Below are positions 1 to 12,869 of a stretch of 64,000 bases of DNA, piece by piece. Source of the DNA: Dicyema japonicum. Lineage: Eukaryota > Animalia > Dicyemida. Both the position numbers and the translations under genes were made by a program. The notes below the pieces were generated by a model that saw only the letters and a list, made by a program, of their open reading frames with translations, had not been told where the DNA came from and did no database searches. The DNA lies in assembly GCA_011109175.1 (NCBI GenBank), contig RDEW01000034.1, positions 242,140-306,139 of the forward strand, read 5' to 3'. Numbering within the stretch: position 1 is the stretch's first letter; each line of letters starts with the position of its first letter.

Positions 1-241
1 GAGTGGTGGTGCCAACATCATAGACGAGTCAGGTTTACCAGAAAGTCCCTCAGGAGAAATAGTTCCGATTGATCTATTGGAGAATGGGGCCAGTATAGTA
101 TTTTATTATCATCGAGTCTTCGGATGCATCCCGTAGGAACAAAATCGTGTATCTTTTTCAGACAACTCCGGTCATTAAGTCTGGAAAAGATGGATGATAG
201 ACCGCCACTTTCCTACAACAAAATCAATATATGATAATTTA
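1..241 (+). mobile_element. Jockey/I-like LINE 3' end
   Basis: Ends in a TATFLQQNQYMII reading followed by an AT-rich tail; homologous to 306-700 on the other strand. Confidence 0.5.
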
Positions 242-305
242 TTAGTTAAAAATTAAATATTTAATTTTTATTCGCTTGTGAATAATTTTATTTTTTATTA
301 ATTTT

Positions 306-700
306 TAAATTATCATATATTGATTTTGTTGCAGGAAAGCGGCGATCATCAACTAAGTACCTAATGGGTGCTTATATCAAAAATCGCAAATTTGGTATTT
401 TCATAATGAGAATTATAGTTCATTGCTGAGAGATATTCTAGTTGGCGCACTCCAGTATGAAGAGGTCGTCTTCCCATCTATAAATTTTTTCCTGTGACTA
501 GTATGTTAGACTTTAAGAAATTTGCGAATTTTATGGGCCGAATTAACTTAAGGCTCACCAATGAGGATGGATCCTTGAGTTAGAGCTTATCTATAACGAC
601 TATTTGATGCACTAAGAAATCCACTAGGAGATCCATATTGTAACCGACCTCAGACTTTCCACAAGGATATCTATGAGGTATTACTTTAAATAGTTTAGGT
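306..700 (-). mobile_element. Jockey/I-like LINE 3' end (tail-to-tail with 1-241)
   Basis: 33-bp inverted repeat 209-241 vs 306-338 with one mismatch; the same terminal FLQQNQYMII coding. Confidence 0.5.
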
Positions 701-1010
701 AGAAAAATGGTGTCACAAAAAAGTAGACCTTTCTGGTCCTTTCTGAGGGGAGTATAGTCTACCTACAATTTATATTATTTAATACGACCAGCACAAATCC
801 AATCAACTTCAAAGCATTCTCCTAAATAAGAGAATTAAAGGGCCAAGACCATAAATATCGATTTGTATGAACCACCAAGGATCATAGTGGAGATGTTCGT
901 ATTGATCAACAAAAACGCTGTTATTCGTTAAATGCATTCAGCTTAGCGAATCAAACAAGAATATTTCTAAAATAGAATCTAGGTGACCTAAGTTTACACG
1001 GGTGGTATTT
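700..1010 (-). mobile_element. Non-LTR RT fragment, homologous to 7100-7350
   Basis: Shares ggtgacc(t/a)aagtttacac and flanks with ~7280-7350; degenerate FADD-region reading. Confidence 0.4.
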
Positions 1011-1399
1011 GAAACAGTTGGAGAGTAATTCGTAGACGTCTAGAGTAGTAAGCATCCAAGTAGCATAGTGGTTAGGTGTCGGGCTAAAGTGGCTTGATTC
1101 TCGCTGCTGTTCACCTGGTGGAAGGTTCCACGCATTTACGATGCCAAAATGGTTTGACGAGTGACGCCGTCATCAGTGGATACTCACTGTGGAACTGGAT
1201 TGTCTAGAAAAAACCCACACACAAGAAAAAGAAAAAAAAAGTGAAGATCATTCCTTGGTTTCTACGATTAGTTAAAATTAACTGTTTTTTACTTGAAAGG
1301 CAATACAACCGACAGATTTGTCACTTTAAGGAATACATCTTAACTAGGATTGATGTGAACGTGACTCTTCCTTGCTAATCGAGTTGATCCGTTTCATGA

Positions 1400-1900
1400 A
1401 TTTTAGTGGTCACTCGATCAGTAATGGAGTGGACTATTTAAAAGATCTTTGCAATCCTAATTGTGTTTGTGTGATCCAAGAAGTTTTCTCAGTAGCGATA
1501 AGATAAAATTGCTTTCAGGACTCAAAAACATAAATTTCCTTCACGTGGTCGAAGAACATGAACTGGGTCACAACCTTGGCCTCGTACATGTGGATGAAAT
1601 CATAGCTGTCTGGTGAGATGTATAATTATAACGTGAGCTCTTTGTATTATTCAGCAACTTTAAACTTTCAAACTGTTCGATAAAGGTCCAGCCGAGGAAG
1701 AGACGGAAATGCATAGGAAATCGATATGTGGGAAATGCGAGGATGGAAAAGATGAGAAGATTGCGACTCGAAACTCCTTCGGAATGTAAATCTATTTGTT
1801 GTAACCCACGAACGTGCAAATTCTATTACCGGAGTGAATGTGCGGAGAGGAACATGGGATAGTGGTTTGGCAAAATATTACAGATTTTCAACAGTAAAGT
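1400..1900 (-). mobile_element. L2/CR1-like RT C-terminal fragment
   Basis: IEQFESLKLL..SS..Y..H...I..RL resembles the IEQVESFKLLG motif; degraded. Confidence 0.3.
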
Positions 1901-2309
1901 ATATTGCCACTGTTAATCTGGCAAAAAGTACCAAAATTGTGCAAAAATGAGAATGTGAGACTGAGGACAGTGTAGATTACCTCAGTCATGTTAGACCGTT
2001 TATTAATATTAGCAGTTAAGAAGATATCATTTGCTGTTATGTTGATCATAACAGTTCTCCTTCCGTTGTTATATGCTCGTTCTGCCTGGGAAGTAGGTAC
2101 AATAAATAAATTTTTTACAATATCCCTTTCGTGTAAAAATCAATATTTTCTGTGGAAAAACGAAATTTTTAAATTTGTGATTGAAAAAGACAAAAGTGGG
2201 AAACTAGCATCAATCCCCGATTTTCGGTAATAAACAAAATTAAAAACATGCTCTATGTTATTCAAAGTGTAAAAAAATTAAGTTTTTATTTAAAATTAAA
2301 TATTTTATT

Positions 2310-2480
2310 ATAAATTCTAATTGGAGGAATAAGTTGAAATCGTTTCGCTTCCTAAAGAAACTTGGACGCCTAGTTACACTAAAAATCCACGACGAACGTG
2401 AGACCCGATGGCTTCTCCAGCTGATCTCTGTTGCAATCGTGAGAGGCAAAGCAACGTTGATAGTGTCGATCGGGACCATT
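2310..2480 (+). mobile_element. CRE-clade RLE endonuclease 3' end
   Basis: SFRFLKKLGRLVT..DERETRWLLQLISVAIVRGK; close nucleotide match to 50250-50390. Confidence 0.7.
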
Positions 2481-2489
2481 ATACAATCG

Positions 2490-3600
2490 AGAACTCAGGC
2501 TAATGACGTTCAACGTAAGTGGAATATCGAAAGATTGGACAAGGAAAGTACTTGTGACGATCTCAAGAAATACAAAATATCTATTGGCTGCCTACAAGAG
2601 ACGAAAATCTTAAATGAAACAACTACCGACTGATTCTCTTCCCGACTGAATGCAAGCACTCCGGCATGGAATTTGCCCTACACGTGGATTACCTCAAAAA
2701 ACTACAACGCTATTGGAGAGTCAACGACCGAATATGTGTCCTACAAGTCGAACTAAATGATTTATTCCCGTCCAAGAGTCTATTAACTGTCATAAATGTC
2801 TATGCACCACACTGTGGACGAGTAATCCATAACCCTGGTGATCTCGATGAAATCTACTCAGAACTATCAAGTACATACTCTAATGATGCTTCTCGTCCCT
2901 TATCTTTGTTGCGGGAGATATGAATGTAAAGGCCGGAATGCGAATGGGACCCGAAGAATCCTCTATTGGAAGACACGGGCGTGGAAGGAGAAATGCATCT
3001 GGAGCCTCTCTGGTGAACTTCTGGGAGGCAAATAGCCTATTCCTGTGCAACACGGCCTTCACGCACTCAGTTCGCCACAAGACGACATGGCACGGACAAA
3101 AAAAAGACTCTGTCGGGGATATCGTGAATATATAATCAAATCGACTGCATTATCTGCCGAAAGTCTGATAAACACCGGCTAGATGATGCACGTTCCTACC
3201 AGGGGTTTAATAATAATATAACCAGGCTAATTTTATTTCGTATCATAGAGACAAAAAAAACTGAGTGGACTGGATGTCATATACAAACAGTTCATTAAGT
3301 CTACAATGGAACACGAATTTAATGTCTGTGGATCTAACCTTGCTGCAACGAGTTTGGACAAGATCTAAAAAATTCAGGTAAAGACAGCAAACCTACTAAG
3401 GAAATCTTCCCATGTGGGAAATCCTGCACAGAAACTTTGAAAATACAATAGACGCGACTGGAACAGTGCCCCTGCGAAGGACTCGATTATGCGGACTCCG
3501 TCCATATCGGAAATGCGTAGAAAGCAGTCGAACACGAGAAAAGATGCAAAGACTGTTGAGGAGGCCGAAATCACTTGAATTTTGTTCCAATACACAGTTT
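2490..3600 (+). mobile_element. RTE-clade LINE, internally deleted (APE endonuclease plus C-terminus)
   Basis: LMTFNV..DLKKYKISIGCLQETK, VINVYAPH, AGDMNVKAG, IGRHGRGRRNASG..LVNF, NTAFTH..RHKTTW, NQID. RT core is missing; a C-terminal DW..A..R.W-type tail is at 3290-3600. Confidence 0.75.
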
Positions 3601-3659
3601 CAAAATACAGTTTTAATACACATAACTCCTTTTTCAAAAAAAAATTTTTCAACATAAAA

Positions 3660-4450
3660 TATCATATTTTTCATTAATAATATAATTTTTACAAATAAAA
3701 AAAATTGAATAATTGATAAAGTAAACATCGAAAAATCAAATAGTGGAGAATAACTCACATTTATTGGTAACCAAAACTATTTATATTTGACATTTTGATA
3801 ACAGCCTTCAACACCATTTGATGAATCAAATAATATTTAATAATTGACAAAGTAAAACGAGTAAATTTAAATAATATTGAAGAAAATGTATGACAATACA
3901 ACAGAAAAACACAAGAAAACAAAGATAAAACAAGAAAACAAACACCAACCACAGAAACGTGGCAATTACAAGCCAAATAAAATACTAATGTACTAAAAGG
4001 TTCGCCATATTGTAACAATTTTTAATAATAAATTTTAAATTAATATAAATTTGTCTAAATTTGTCAAAACTGACTTTAATTAATGAATTTAACTATAGTT
4101 GTGGAAAAGAACATGGGTTATTATTAATAATTGATGCACATTGCCTTTTGTAGGATTGTGACGTGGCCGGAAAACGGAATTCATGGATTCCTTTCACAGA
4201 GAACAGCTTCATCATATCCTTTCCTCCTCCCGGAACCACCACAGACTGCCGATCGACATTCTTTAAAAGAGATCGAGGAGCATATCGATTTATCGCGAGA
4301 TCCTAGAGGCGAGATGGAGGCTGTTTAGACATACACTTTGTCTGGACCTGAGGACCCACTCAAACGTATTTGGAGGATTACTTGTAGTGGACGCTCCGCT
4401 TTTTTGAGGTCGAACTAAGACAACTTTACCGACCATCCTTGATGAAGTCG
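3660..4450 (-). mobile_element. RLE non-LTR element (R2/NeSL-like) 3' end with ~450-bp 3'UTR
   Basis: Degenerate KKAE..KY..KVYV..SISPLGS RLE tail. Homologous copies at 11620-12560, 14500-14720, 19130-19330 and (UTR only) 54660-54990. Confidence 0.55.
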
Positions 4451-5989
4451 GGACATAAAGAACTAATCTGGCAGAGTGGTAGTAACCTTTTGCTATTGAT
4501 GAATTAACAATTTATTAAGAGAAAGTCATCAGAAACTGTAGACAGCACATTTGAATATCATCTGAGATTGTAAAACGAACTCCTGATAATGTTTATCGAC
4601 CAGAGAATGCTAGAGACTGTTTTTCAATGTCACGGCTTCTCTGAAGAGGAATTCCTAACCAATCGACTTTGTTTTGCTTTGGAAAAGGACAGACTAAGCG
4701 AATCTTCCTCCATTATGACCCGAAGGACTACGGTCGCAAACTAAAAAGGGAATATCGCAGTGATTGATATTATTATTTTTGTTAACAATGTCATTTATAA
4801 TAAATTTGTAAATTTAAATTTAAAATTTGTTATAGTGGGTCTTAGATTTCACGTGAAACTATGTTCAACAATTTTAAATTAACTGCATGTGAGATTAAAC
4901 GTTAAGTTTCAGGCCGAAAATAGACATGGGACATCAAACAAGTCAGAGAAATCAGTGAGGTCATATTCAGAATCTAAAATGATGATTATTTTACGATCCC
5001 TAAAATCGACGCATTGTAAATTAAACTGACGACTCCGATGTGTGATAGGTATTTGGCCTTCTGATTATCATTCTGCGAATAGATCTCAGCTTTTGACAGT
5101 CAGGACTATACAGAAGACGAAGAATTCTGAATAACCAGGTAATAACGTTTAACATGATATTGAGAAGGTAACTCTTAATTTTATTTATTTCTGAAGCACT
5201 GAAAATAGAGTTAACATTTTGATTGAAAAACCAGGACCCTCCACTTCACAAATGTTAGGGGGATAGCAAATGATTCAGTAAGTGGCACCCATATATTACT
5301 GCTTGCATGATGTTTTTCTGGAACAAAGATTAGGAAGGGAAATGTCGATCATGTAATCAGGGGGAATCGAACCGACGGATTATTGTTAGTGGTGACGTTA
5401 ACCAATTTGTGGAAAGACATAATAGTGAGAATATGAGAGTTAGAAAGACACCAAACAGTCCGTTAACGAAAGCCATGATATATCCATGTTACTATTAAGT
5501 AATGATACAAACTGTAGATTTCGATCTCCCAGAAAATATATATTTTCGAATCCATGTTTCGCTGAAAGAGGAGTCGCTCTCTATTATTATTGAATGGAAT
5601 GATACAAATTGAAAGTTTGTGAGTTAATAGTTGGTTAGTTAATTAGTTAGTTGCCACGAGCTCGTTACCTTGTAGGAAGCTGGACGTGTGGAGGTGATAT
5701 TTATTTATTTCCTCCCTGTCCCTTCGAGTTGAAGAAATCGGTTTCAATCAAAAACGTCATAGTCATATTATATGGGGCTTCTCAGCTACAAGAGAAGAAA
5801 CTCCTCGTCTCCGTTCTTATTGTGACTGTGCATGAGGATTCAGGATACACGTTAAAATCTTCCATTAACTTAAACCATATTCTCGATAATATCTTTAACG
5901 TCGATTAAAAGAAATATCGAGAATTTCTACCAATCTGGCCAACCAACTAGCTTACCAGCCAATTGGCCGTTCTACTTTATAATAATTAT

Positions 5990-6520
5990 TATCTCAACTA
6001 TATTTAAGTCAGCCTAGAAAATTAAATATACCATGTTCTCACAGGGAAATTGATCCAGCGAGTAAACAAGTTAAAGATCTTATAAGGGATTACTTGGATA
6101 GCTTCGCCAGAAAGATACACTAAACCTTCACATCAGAAGAATTTTATCAAAATAAATTAACTATGGACAAAAATAAGAAGATGCTTAGATCTACAGGCCC
6201 ACTGGGGCTAAATGCATACATCTGTATCTGTCTCTTAAATATGGAATTAATAAGATTAGGAGACTCAAGACACACTCCGTGAAGTCTATTGTTGCGAGCG
6301 AGTCAGTGGAGATTAGAGTGGATACAACAGTAGCCAAGGATACAAAGGTACAGAATAGCAAACCAGATATTTTTGTGTTTGATAAAAGGAGAGACATCAC
6401 GCTGGTCGATAGGAATCACCTTTCAACACGCATTAAAACAAGTAGAAGAAGTAGAAAAGCTGCAAAAATCTGACCACAAGCATATATTCAGACAATTGTG
6501 ATTAAGAAGACTTTTTAAGC
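5990..6520 (+). mobile_element. R4/Dong-like (microsporidia-type) RLE fragment
   Basis: SVEIRVDTTVAKDTKVQNSKPDIFVFDKRR, the RLE PD motif. Confidence 0.7.
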
Positions 6521-6699
6521 AGAAGAGGGTAGAGCATAAATACGGGTTAGTCACAGCAGAAGGCTTGTGGGAAACTATTATCGACATTGGAATGATTGAC
6601 AAAGGACATGAAATTACTTGAAAACTAAAATGATGAAATTGAGGAAAGGGAAGCTCACCGGCCCAAACTATTTACTCTAAGTGTGGATGAGCCTGGCTC

Positions 6700-7350
6700 T
6701 TTAAGAGGAGTCGAATTACTTGAGGCAGACTTTATCAGTTGTAAGTCTGGTCTACTCAAATGAGTCGTGGTCAATGGCCATTTCCAACTTCTCTCTCCAG
6801 AAGCTGTCCGTAATCCAAGAAGTTGCCAAAAGAGTCATTGGCCGCAACTTTGTGTTCGCCACTTGGAAGCAGTTTTTATTGGACGACAACGGTAGTTGGT
6901 GAAGGCAGCTACTCAGCCTAACAACTACCTCTACGAAAACATGACCAAATACCTTTAAAGCGACCCAAAATACGAGATAACCATATTTCCTTTCTGGAGA
7001 ACCATCCAGGAATCTCGTCCATTCTTTTCCAATTAATATCAAAAATCAGTACCTCTGACAGATATTAAATGCAAATCTCGATTTTGCTCATTCTTATGAC
7101 TCCAAAATAAGTTCCCTAGGTATATGGCCTGCACCGAAGTTGACTATATATACTCCAGGAATTACCTGGATATGCTATTTATTAAAGATTCTCCCAAATC
7201 AAAAATTCAAGATCCAAGTCTAGAAAAATCGAGATGTTCTTAGTGGTCAGCAAAGCGCTGTTAGTCGTTAAATTTATTCAGCTGAGAAAATCAAAAAAAA
7301 TGTTTCTTAAATAAGGATCAAGGTGACCAAAGTTTACACAAGGGTAGTAG
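6700..7350 (-). mobile_element. RLE-type non-LTR RT fragment (NeSL/R2-like)
   Basis: Degenerate FADH and PERKYG (KYLG) motifs plus a thumb-like ORF at 6752-7042. Confidence 0.45.
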
Positions 7351-7699
7351 GCATATACGTGTACAACGCCTCCGATCGAAGTGAGTTATCGTATTTTAGT
7401 CATGTTGTCGACGACGTAAGGTCAAGGTGTGGGTTGTCTAATGCTCCGAAGAGGAGCTTATGAAGGTTTTTAGGTTGATCCTTTAGATTAAATTAATTTT
7501 TTGTAATTCATTCAACCCCTTCGCGTTCATTAGCTCACCAACACCAACATACTTAGCAGACAAAAAGGTCTGATAGTGCCTAATTGTGTTTCTAATGTGG
7601 CGTTCTTCCTAGCAGACACGCTATTATGGTGTCGTGCATTCGAACGCTAACTTAGTTGACTACGTCACTGCCAAATTTTAGCCTTTTCTTATTGCCTGC

Positions 7700-8130
7700 C
7701 TGCACATGGACATAGTTGTATCTTAGTACTCCACGGATCGAGACATCCATCACATCTTTTAGACTCGAACTCTGCAACATCTATGTAGTAGTTCATCAGC
7801 GAGGTAGCATACTCAATACCATGAAGAACTTCCATGTATTTAGAGATCTTACATACAACGCTGACGTTCTACGAATTCTTTCAGTAATGTGCCGCTTTGT
7901 CTCAGACATGATAATGGACTTTGGAGATTCTGTAATACCCAGATATTTACATCCTTCGTGTTCCTCTAGGACTCTTAATATTATAAGCAACAACACAGAA
8001 TCACATTAGCTATAATTCTATTCGTGATGCTCTTTTATGATCCTCGCTACTAGTCTCTCCCACTTTTTCCTATTCGATACCATACTTCGAAAACTACTGA
8101 GGTCTTCACCGTCTTTAGTGCTTTGTTTAC
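7700..8130 (-). mobile_element. R4/Dong-like RT fragment
   Basis: EGCKYLGITE..ETKRHI..RI motif. Confidence 0.65.
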
Positions 8131-8149
8131 AAATATCAAATCACCATTA

Positions 8150-9075
8150 AGGACCTCGTGAATCGAAGTTTCCGTAAAATAAATTCCAATTTAAATTTAT
8201 TTTCCCACGATTTATTCACATCAATGTTAAACACTTTTTTGAAAGACTGCCTTGAATCCGAATGAGATATTTTTAACATAACTGATAGTCGTCTCTCTGT
8301 AATGCAGTCAGACAAAACTTTGTGGGCTTCATAACCTGGCATGGAGTCTTCCTTAGAAAAGAAATACACTTGAATAGATTTGAGTACATCCCAAAGTCAA
8401 AGGCATAAATCTAACATTATCAAAAGAGGTACATATGATTATATTCTTATAGAGTTCAATCACATTCTCTAAATCGGCAAATACTTGTATATGATCATAA
8501 ATGACCCTCGAAATCAGAGTAAAGTTCATTCTGATAATGCAAAGTCTTCCAAATATTAAAAATTTATACTTCAATGTGCCAGTTAACCGGACAGTAGCCA
8601 CAACCCTGTACAAGTTCTGTATTGTATTTGTTCCAGAATGGTAATCACTTTAAGATGAGAAGAGGACTCATGTGAACTGTTCAAGTAAACGGAACATCAA
8701 AACTGTAACCATCCAATCTGACGAACTCCTCAAATAGGTGGCTGTAAAGTCTGTATCCAAATTATAGTCAAGGAAACAACCTATGCCATGACAGAGGTCA
8801 GCAATTTCGACGCAGGAATGTTGGTATCTGTAATTTTGAGTTCGGGTTGTTTATCCCTCAAATTCCTTGCAAATTGACCTGCTAAGTGACACACACTAAA
8901 ATAAATCTGAATGATGACAAAAATGTCAAAACGACAGTGGGAAGCCGAAGGGTAGACCAAATATGCAGGACCAAGCTGTTTGATTGAATACGTTGAAATT
9001 CAGAAGTGTTTTAATAGTCACACAAAGGGATGGAAGATAAACGTATTGTAGATACAATCTTTGAATAACTACTAT
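8150..9075 (-). pseudogene. SAMHD1: SAMHD1-like HD-domain dNTP triphosphohydrolase pseudogene
   Basis: LFKDCIYNTFIFHP..EFQR..SIKQLGPAYLVYPSASHCRF..VCHLAGQFARNLRDKQPELKITD..CVEIADLCHGIG..YSHLFE parallels the SAMHD1 IKQLG..FPGASHNRFEHSLGV..KQPEL..CVQIAGLCHDLGHGPFSH motifs. Frameshifts and stops; the HD motif reads HG. Confidence 0.82.
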
Positions 9076-9165
9076 ATAACCCCCAATACTATTTTGTTGT
9101 ACATTATGTTAATTTTAAATATTCATTAATTATTTTAAAAATTTTTTTTAACAATTAAACAAATG

Positions 9166-10235
9166 TCAGTTGAGGAAACCTGCTGCGTGGATTGCGAACG
9201 AGTTCTCTCGGAGTATGGCTATTCCAATCTTTTGTCTTAGCCATAACCCTTCTCGTTGATCCCTTTTCTTTCTGGCAAGCAATCCTCCGAGTTCTTGCAA
9301 GAATTCAGCCGTCATTGGACCAACGGCTCCCGATGATTCGGTCGCAACAGGAGTAAATCGGTAGCGATCCCGAGGCAAGAATATTTCTTGATTTTTAGGT
9401 TTTCCGCGGTCGAAGCAGCTGCTCCAGGTGTCTGAACAGATTTAAAAATGTTCGTGCTTGAGAACGTGTCTATGCAAGTTGCGTCCCAGACCAAAGATCT
9501 TCCAGACGTGAAGGGGAAAAGGGTCATCCCGTCAGGTCTCTTCCCATCTCCTCGATCAAGACCCACTGGTTCAAGCTGTGCTGGGAAGCCTGAAGCCTTC
9601 AGAGCTCTGACAATCACATCATTCAGAGCAGCATGACGTGGTCCCCTTCCGGCGCTTCTTCTGCAGGACAGCGGGTGCAACCCTTTCGCATCGACTGTTT
9701 TCCCGCTTTGGCATCGGTGCTCCTGGCAAACGTCTAGTCCCAGCCTTTGTCCGATTCCAATCCTCAAAGAATCGTCGTCCAAAAAGGTCCCGAGGTTTGG
9801 GCAAGGTATTGCACCAAGCCATGCTCCAATCCCTCGACTTGAAGCTGACACCAAACAAGCCAGATGATGTTGATTTATTTCTTTTTAAGGTCTTCCAAAA
9901 TTTTGGAGCAGACAATGTCTTCCCAATTTCTTTGCTTCGTTGTGTCTTCTGGGATTTTGAGTCCGGACCCGTTCCATTTCCGACAAGCTTCGTCAAATGA
10001 CTCATTCCAGCAAAGTCCAATTGTGTCATGAAGGACTTGCCGTGTCAAATGGCTGCAGCTTGAGAGAGACGATAGGTATGCCGGGTACGCAACCTCCAGC
10101 ACCGATCTCATTCCGACACCCCAAATCCAGAGGGAAGCTTGCATTGTTTCCAACCAAGTTTGTCGAAGTGGACGTTAATTATTGACTCGACTGTTTGCTT
10201 GAGAGACTTGTCCATTGAAAGTAGAATGTCATATG
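9166..10235 (-). mobile_element. CRE-clade retrotransposon, 5'-truncated (RT thumb, CCHC zinc finger, RLE)
   Basis: GVGMRS..AYPAYLSS, GAWLGAIPCPNLG, HRCQSG..GLHPLSC..RH, EPVGLDRGDGKRPDGMTLFPF..LVWDATCIDT, FTPVATESSG, WLRQKIGIAILREN*, then an AT-rich tail. Confidence 0.92.
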
Positions 10236-10529
10236 TTAAATAATCTGTCCCGATGACACAGCTATTTATAGGGTTTCTTAACCAATGACGTCACTGTTTG
10301 AATCAATAAGGTCACTCCCAATAAATAACGTCAAAACAAGAAATGTGTGGACAGTGAGCCTTGAAAATCAGCAAAAGCGGACATTCTCATTTTGATTAAT
10401 TAGTTGTGACTTTTTGTGCTGGACTTACCAAAGATTGTAATCCTGTGGTTAATGTCGAATAGCATCACGTCCGTGGTAAAGCATCGGGTCGGGCTGATAG
10501 GTTAAATTTATTATTATAAATCATCATGA

Positions 10530-10700
10530 GACGAAATTTTTAATTTTCAAAATAAAAACATGATTGGCGTTCCAAAAGACAAAAATGAGAGAACTTTACA
10601 TCAGTCCCTTATTTCAAAGGAAAAAATTAAAACATGCTCTACGTTGTTCAGATTGTAAGCAAAATTTACGTTTTGTTCAAATTAAATATAATCACATTTT
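10530..10700 (+). repeat. Unclassified dispersed AT-rich repeat (other copy ~2160-2300)
   Basis: Shared acgaaattttta, aaagacaaaa, catca.tccc..atttc, aaaattaaaa(a)catgctcta.gtt.ttca. Confidence 0.5.
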
Positions 10701-10789
10701 GTTTTTATTGAAAAGTTTTTTACGACTCTTTCTGCTGACGAGAAGTATACGGTGGTTATGCTTTGTCGCTAGTTGGACAGGGAGAAACA

Positions 10790-11560
10790 ATCTGGAGTAA
10801 CCAAGAAAAGATTAAAGTCATGGAAAAAATTGTCGACATTTGAATGGAGGAAAAAATTTCGTATGGACAACCAAATGTTTGAATAGAATAGAAGGTCCTT
10901 TTACAGGAATTTGAATTCAGGACAAAATAATATTAATACCTCAATTGATAATGAAAAATGCGCAGATTTTTGGGAAGAATTATGGAAAGGAGGAGTCAAA
11001 ATTCGGATCAAAATGATCACTGTTAATAAAAAAAATATGAACGGTTTATGGCTGATTGCATCGATCTAAGCAATTTGGTTCATTACTATTTAAATCATTT
11101 TGGCCGTGACAGGGTATAAAAAACCAAATTTACACCATCACGAGAAATAAAGTCTATGCTGACAGGTATAACTGTTTTAATTAATGTAGTCTTTGATCTG
11201 CATCTACCAATTCTATGGAAAATTAGGAGAATATATACAAATACTGAAAAAAATGGTTTTCTATTATAACAATTCTATTCATGAAAAACCCTTCATATGA
11301 ATTTAATGTGTTCATGTGGACTTCATAAGGAATAAGAAGTAAAGATGAAATAGAATGTTTTCTCCGTACATGAATCGGTAAAAAAACGTTTGATATAGCA
11401 GACAATCTCTATGATGAGAGACTAAAATACGAAAATTCATCCAACATCCTAGTGGAAATTTCAGATCACACAATGAAAACAGATACAAAAGCGATAATCG
11501 ACAACATGACAGTTGACTCAACAAACATATCAGACTGTTGGCGTGGATATCCAACTAACA
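10790..11560 (+). mobile_element. R4/Dong-like element, internally deleted
   Basis: RKKFRMDNQMFE*NRRSFYRNL..FWEELW N-terminal motif joined to degenerate RLE-region sequence. Confidence 0.5.
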
Positions 11561-11619
11561 GTTTTGTGCTCATAATAAATATTTTTTTAATTCCAATAAA
11601 ATTTTGACATGGTAATAAA

Positions 11620-12560
11620 TTATCATATTTTCAATAATATATAATTTTTACAAATAAGAAAAAAATTTGAATAAAAGATCACAGTAAATACCGAAAAATC
11701 AAATAGTGAAGAATAACCCATGATTATTGGTTACCGATATATTATATTGAGATTTTGCTAGTAGCCTTCAACACTATTTGATGAATCCAATAATATATAT
11801 AATATTGAATCAAATTTATGGCAATACAACAAAAAATACAATAAAATACAAAAAATAAAAAATATAACCAACCACAGATTCGTGGAAACTACACGCCAAA
11901 TAAAATTCTAATGTATTGAAAGGTTCGCCATATTGTAAAATAATTTGTAAAAGAACCCTGGAGTCTGCGGGATACCCCGCCATACTTGAACCTGTTGGCC
12001 TGGACAAAGGAGATGGAAAACGTCCCGACGGGATCACAATTTTCCCATTTGAAGAGGGGAAACCTTTGGTCTGGGACGCTACTTGTGTCGACACACTTTG
12101 CCCGGCCAACATTGTCGGGAGCGCAGTAGACACACTGTATGCCGCGGAAAAAAAGATGAGGACAAGGAGAAGAACACGAAGCGCTTCGCTACTCATTCGC
12201 GTTTTATCCGATTCTTAAAATAAATAAAGTTTAAATAAATTTGTCAAAATTTGACTTTTATTAATAAATCTAATTATAATTAACTGGTGACATAAGTATT
12301 AAACGAACGAATTTATGGACTCCTTTCAGAGACCAGCTTAAGCATATTTTCTCCTTCCATTGGAACCACTACAGACCGCCGTCAGGCATTTTTTGAAAAT
12401 GATTGATGAAGATAGCGATCCATGAGGCGAGATGGAGGCTGTTTCGACATCTACTTTGTCTGGATCTGGGAACCCCCCAAACGTGGCTACAGTGGATTAC
12501 TTTGTTATGGACATTCCGCTTTTTCCGATCGAACTAAGACAACCCTCCTGGCGTGTTTTG
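11620..12560 (-). mobile_element. Second copy of the 3660-4450 element, interrupted by a CRE fragment
   Basis: Collinear with 3660-4450 (aaatcaaatagtg.agaataac, gccttcaacac.atttgatgaatc, aaaggttcgccatattgtaa, gaggcgagatggaggctgttt, cgaactaagacaac). Confidence 0.7.
11944..12215 (+). mobile_element. Internal CRE RLE fragment inserted in another element's 3'UTR
   Basis: RTLESAGYPAILEPVGLDKGDGKRPDGITIFPFEEGKPLVWDATCVDTL; flanked by taaaataa direct repeats (11936-11943, 12216-12223). Confidence 0.85.
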
Positions 12561-12869
12561 GATACTATCATAAAAGAGTAGTTTCTTGTAAGGATTGACA
12601 TCAAACTCGTCTGGTTCTAGGTAAATTCATAGACGGTAAATTCAGGTCACCAGGTTGGCAAGTTCCTAGATAGAAAAGGTCGAAATTTTAATTTTTTTAT
12701 ATTGGGTGATCCCGGCCTCTAAACAACCATCTCACTTTTGTTCGGTGTTCGATCTGATGCGCCTCCTGTGCGTTTGTGTTACTTGTGGAAACTCTGGAGG
12801 TGTCATTTTTGAATAACAGGATTAATAAAGATTTACCAACTTTATTTAACCAACAATAAAAAAGTTAAT

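Noticed and set aside
1068-1110. A-box-like gtagcatagtggttag
   Set aside because: No B-box or cloverleaf; it lies next to RT-derived sequence.
2334-2633. ORF apparently fusing a CRE RLE C-terminus to an APE endonuclease (dual-endonuclease element)
   Set aside because: The APE motif LMTFNV is in another frame and both parts occur separately elsewhere (50250; 48000-48420). This is chance adjacency of two fragments.
5355-5420. tRNA-like sequence on the minus strand with a GGTTCGATTCCC B-box
   Set aside because: Acceptor and anticodon stems do not pair and there is no second copy in the window. At most a decayed tRNA/SINE head.
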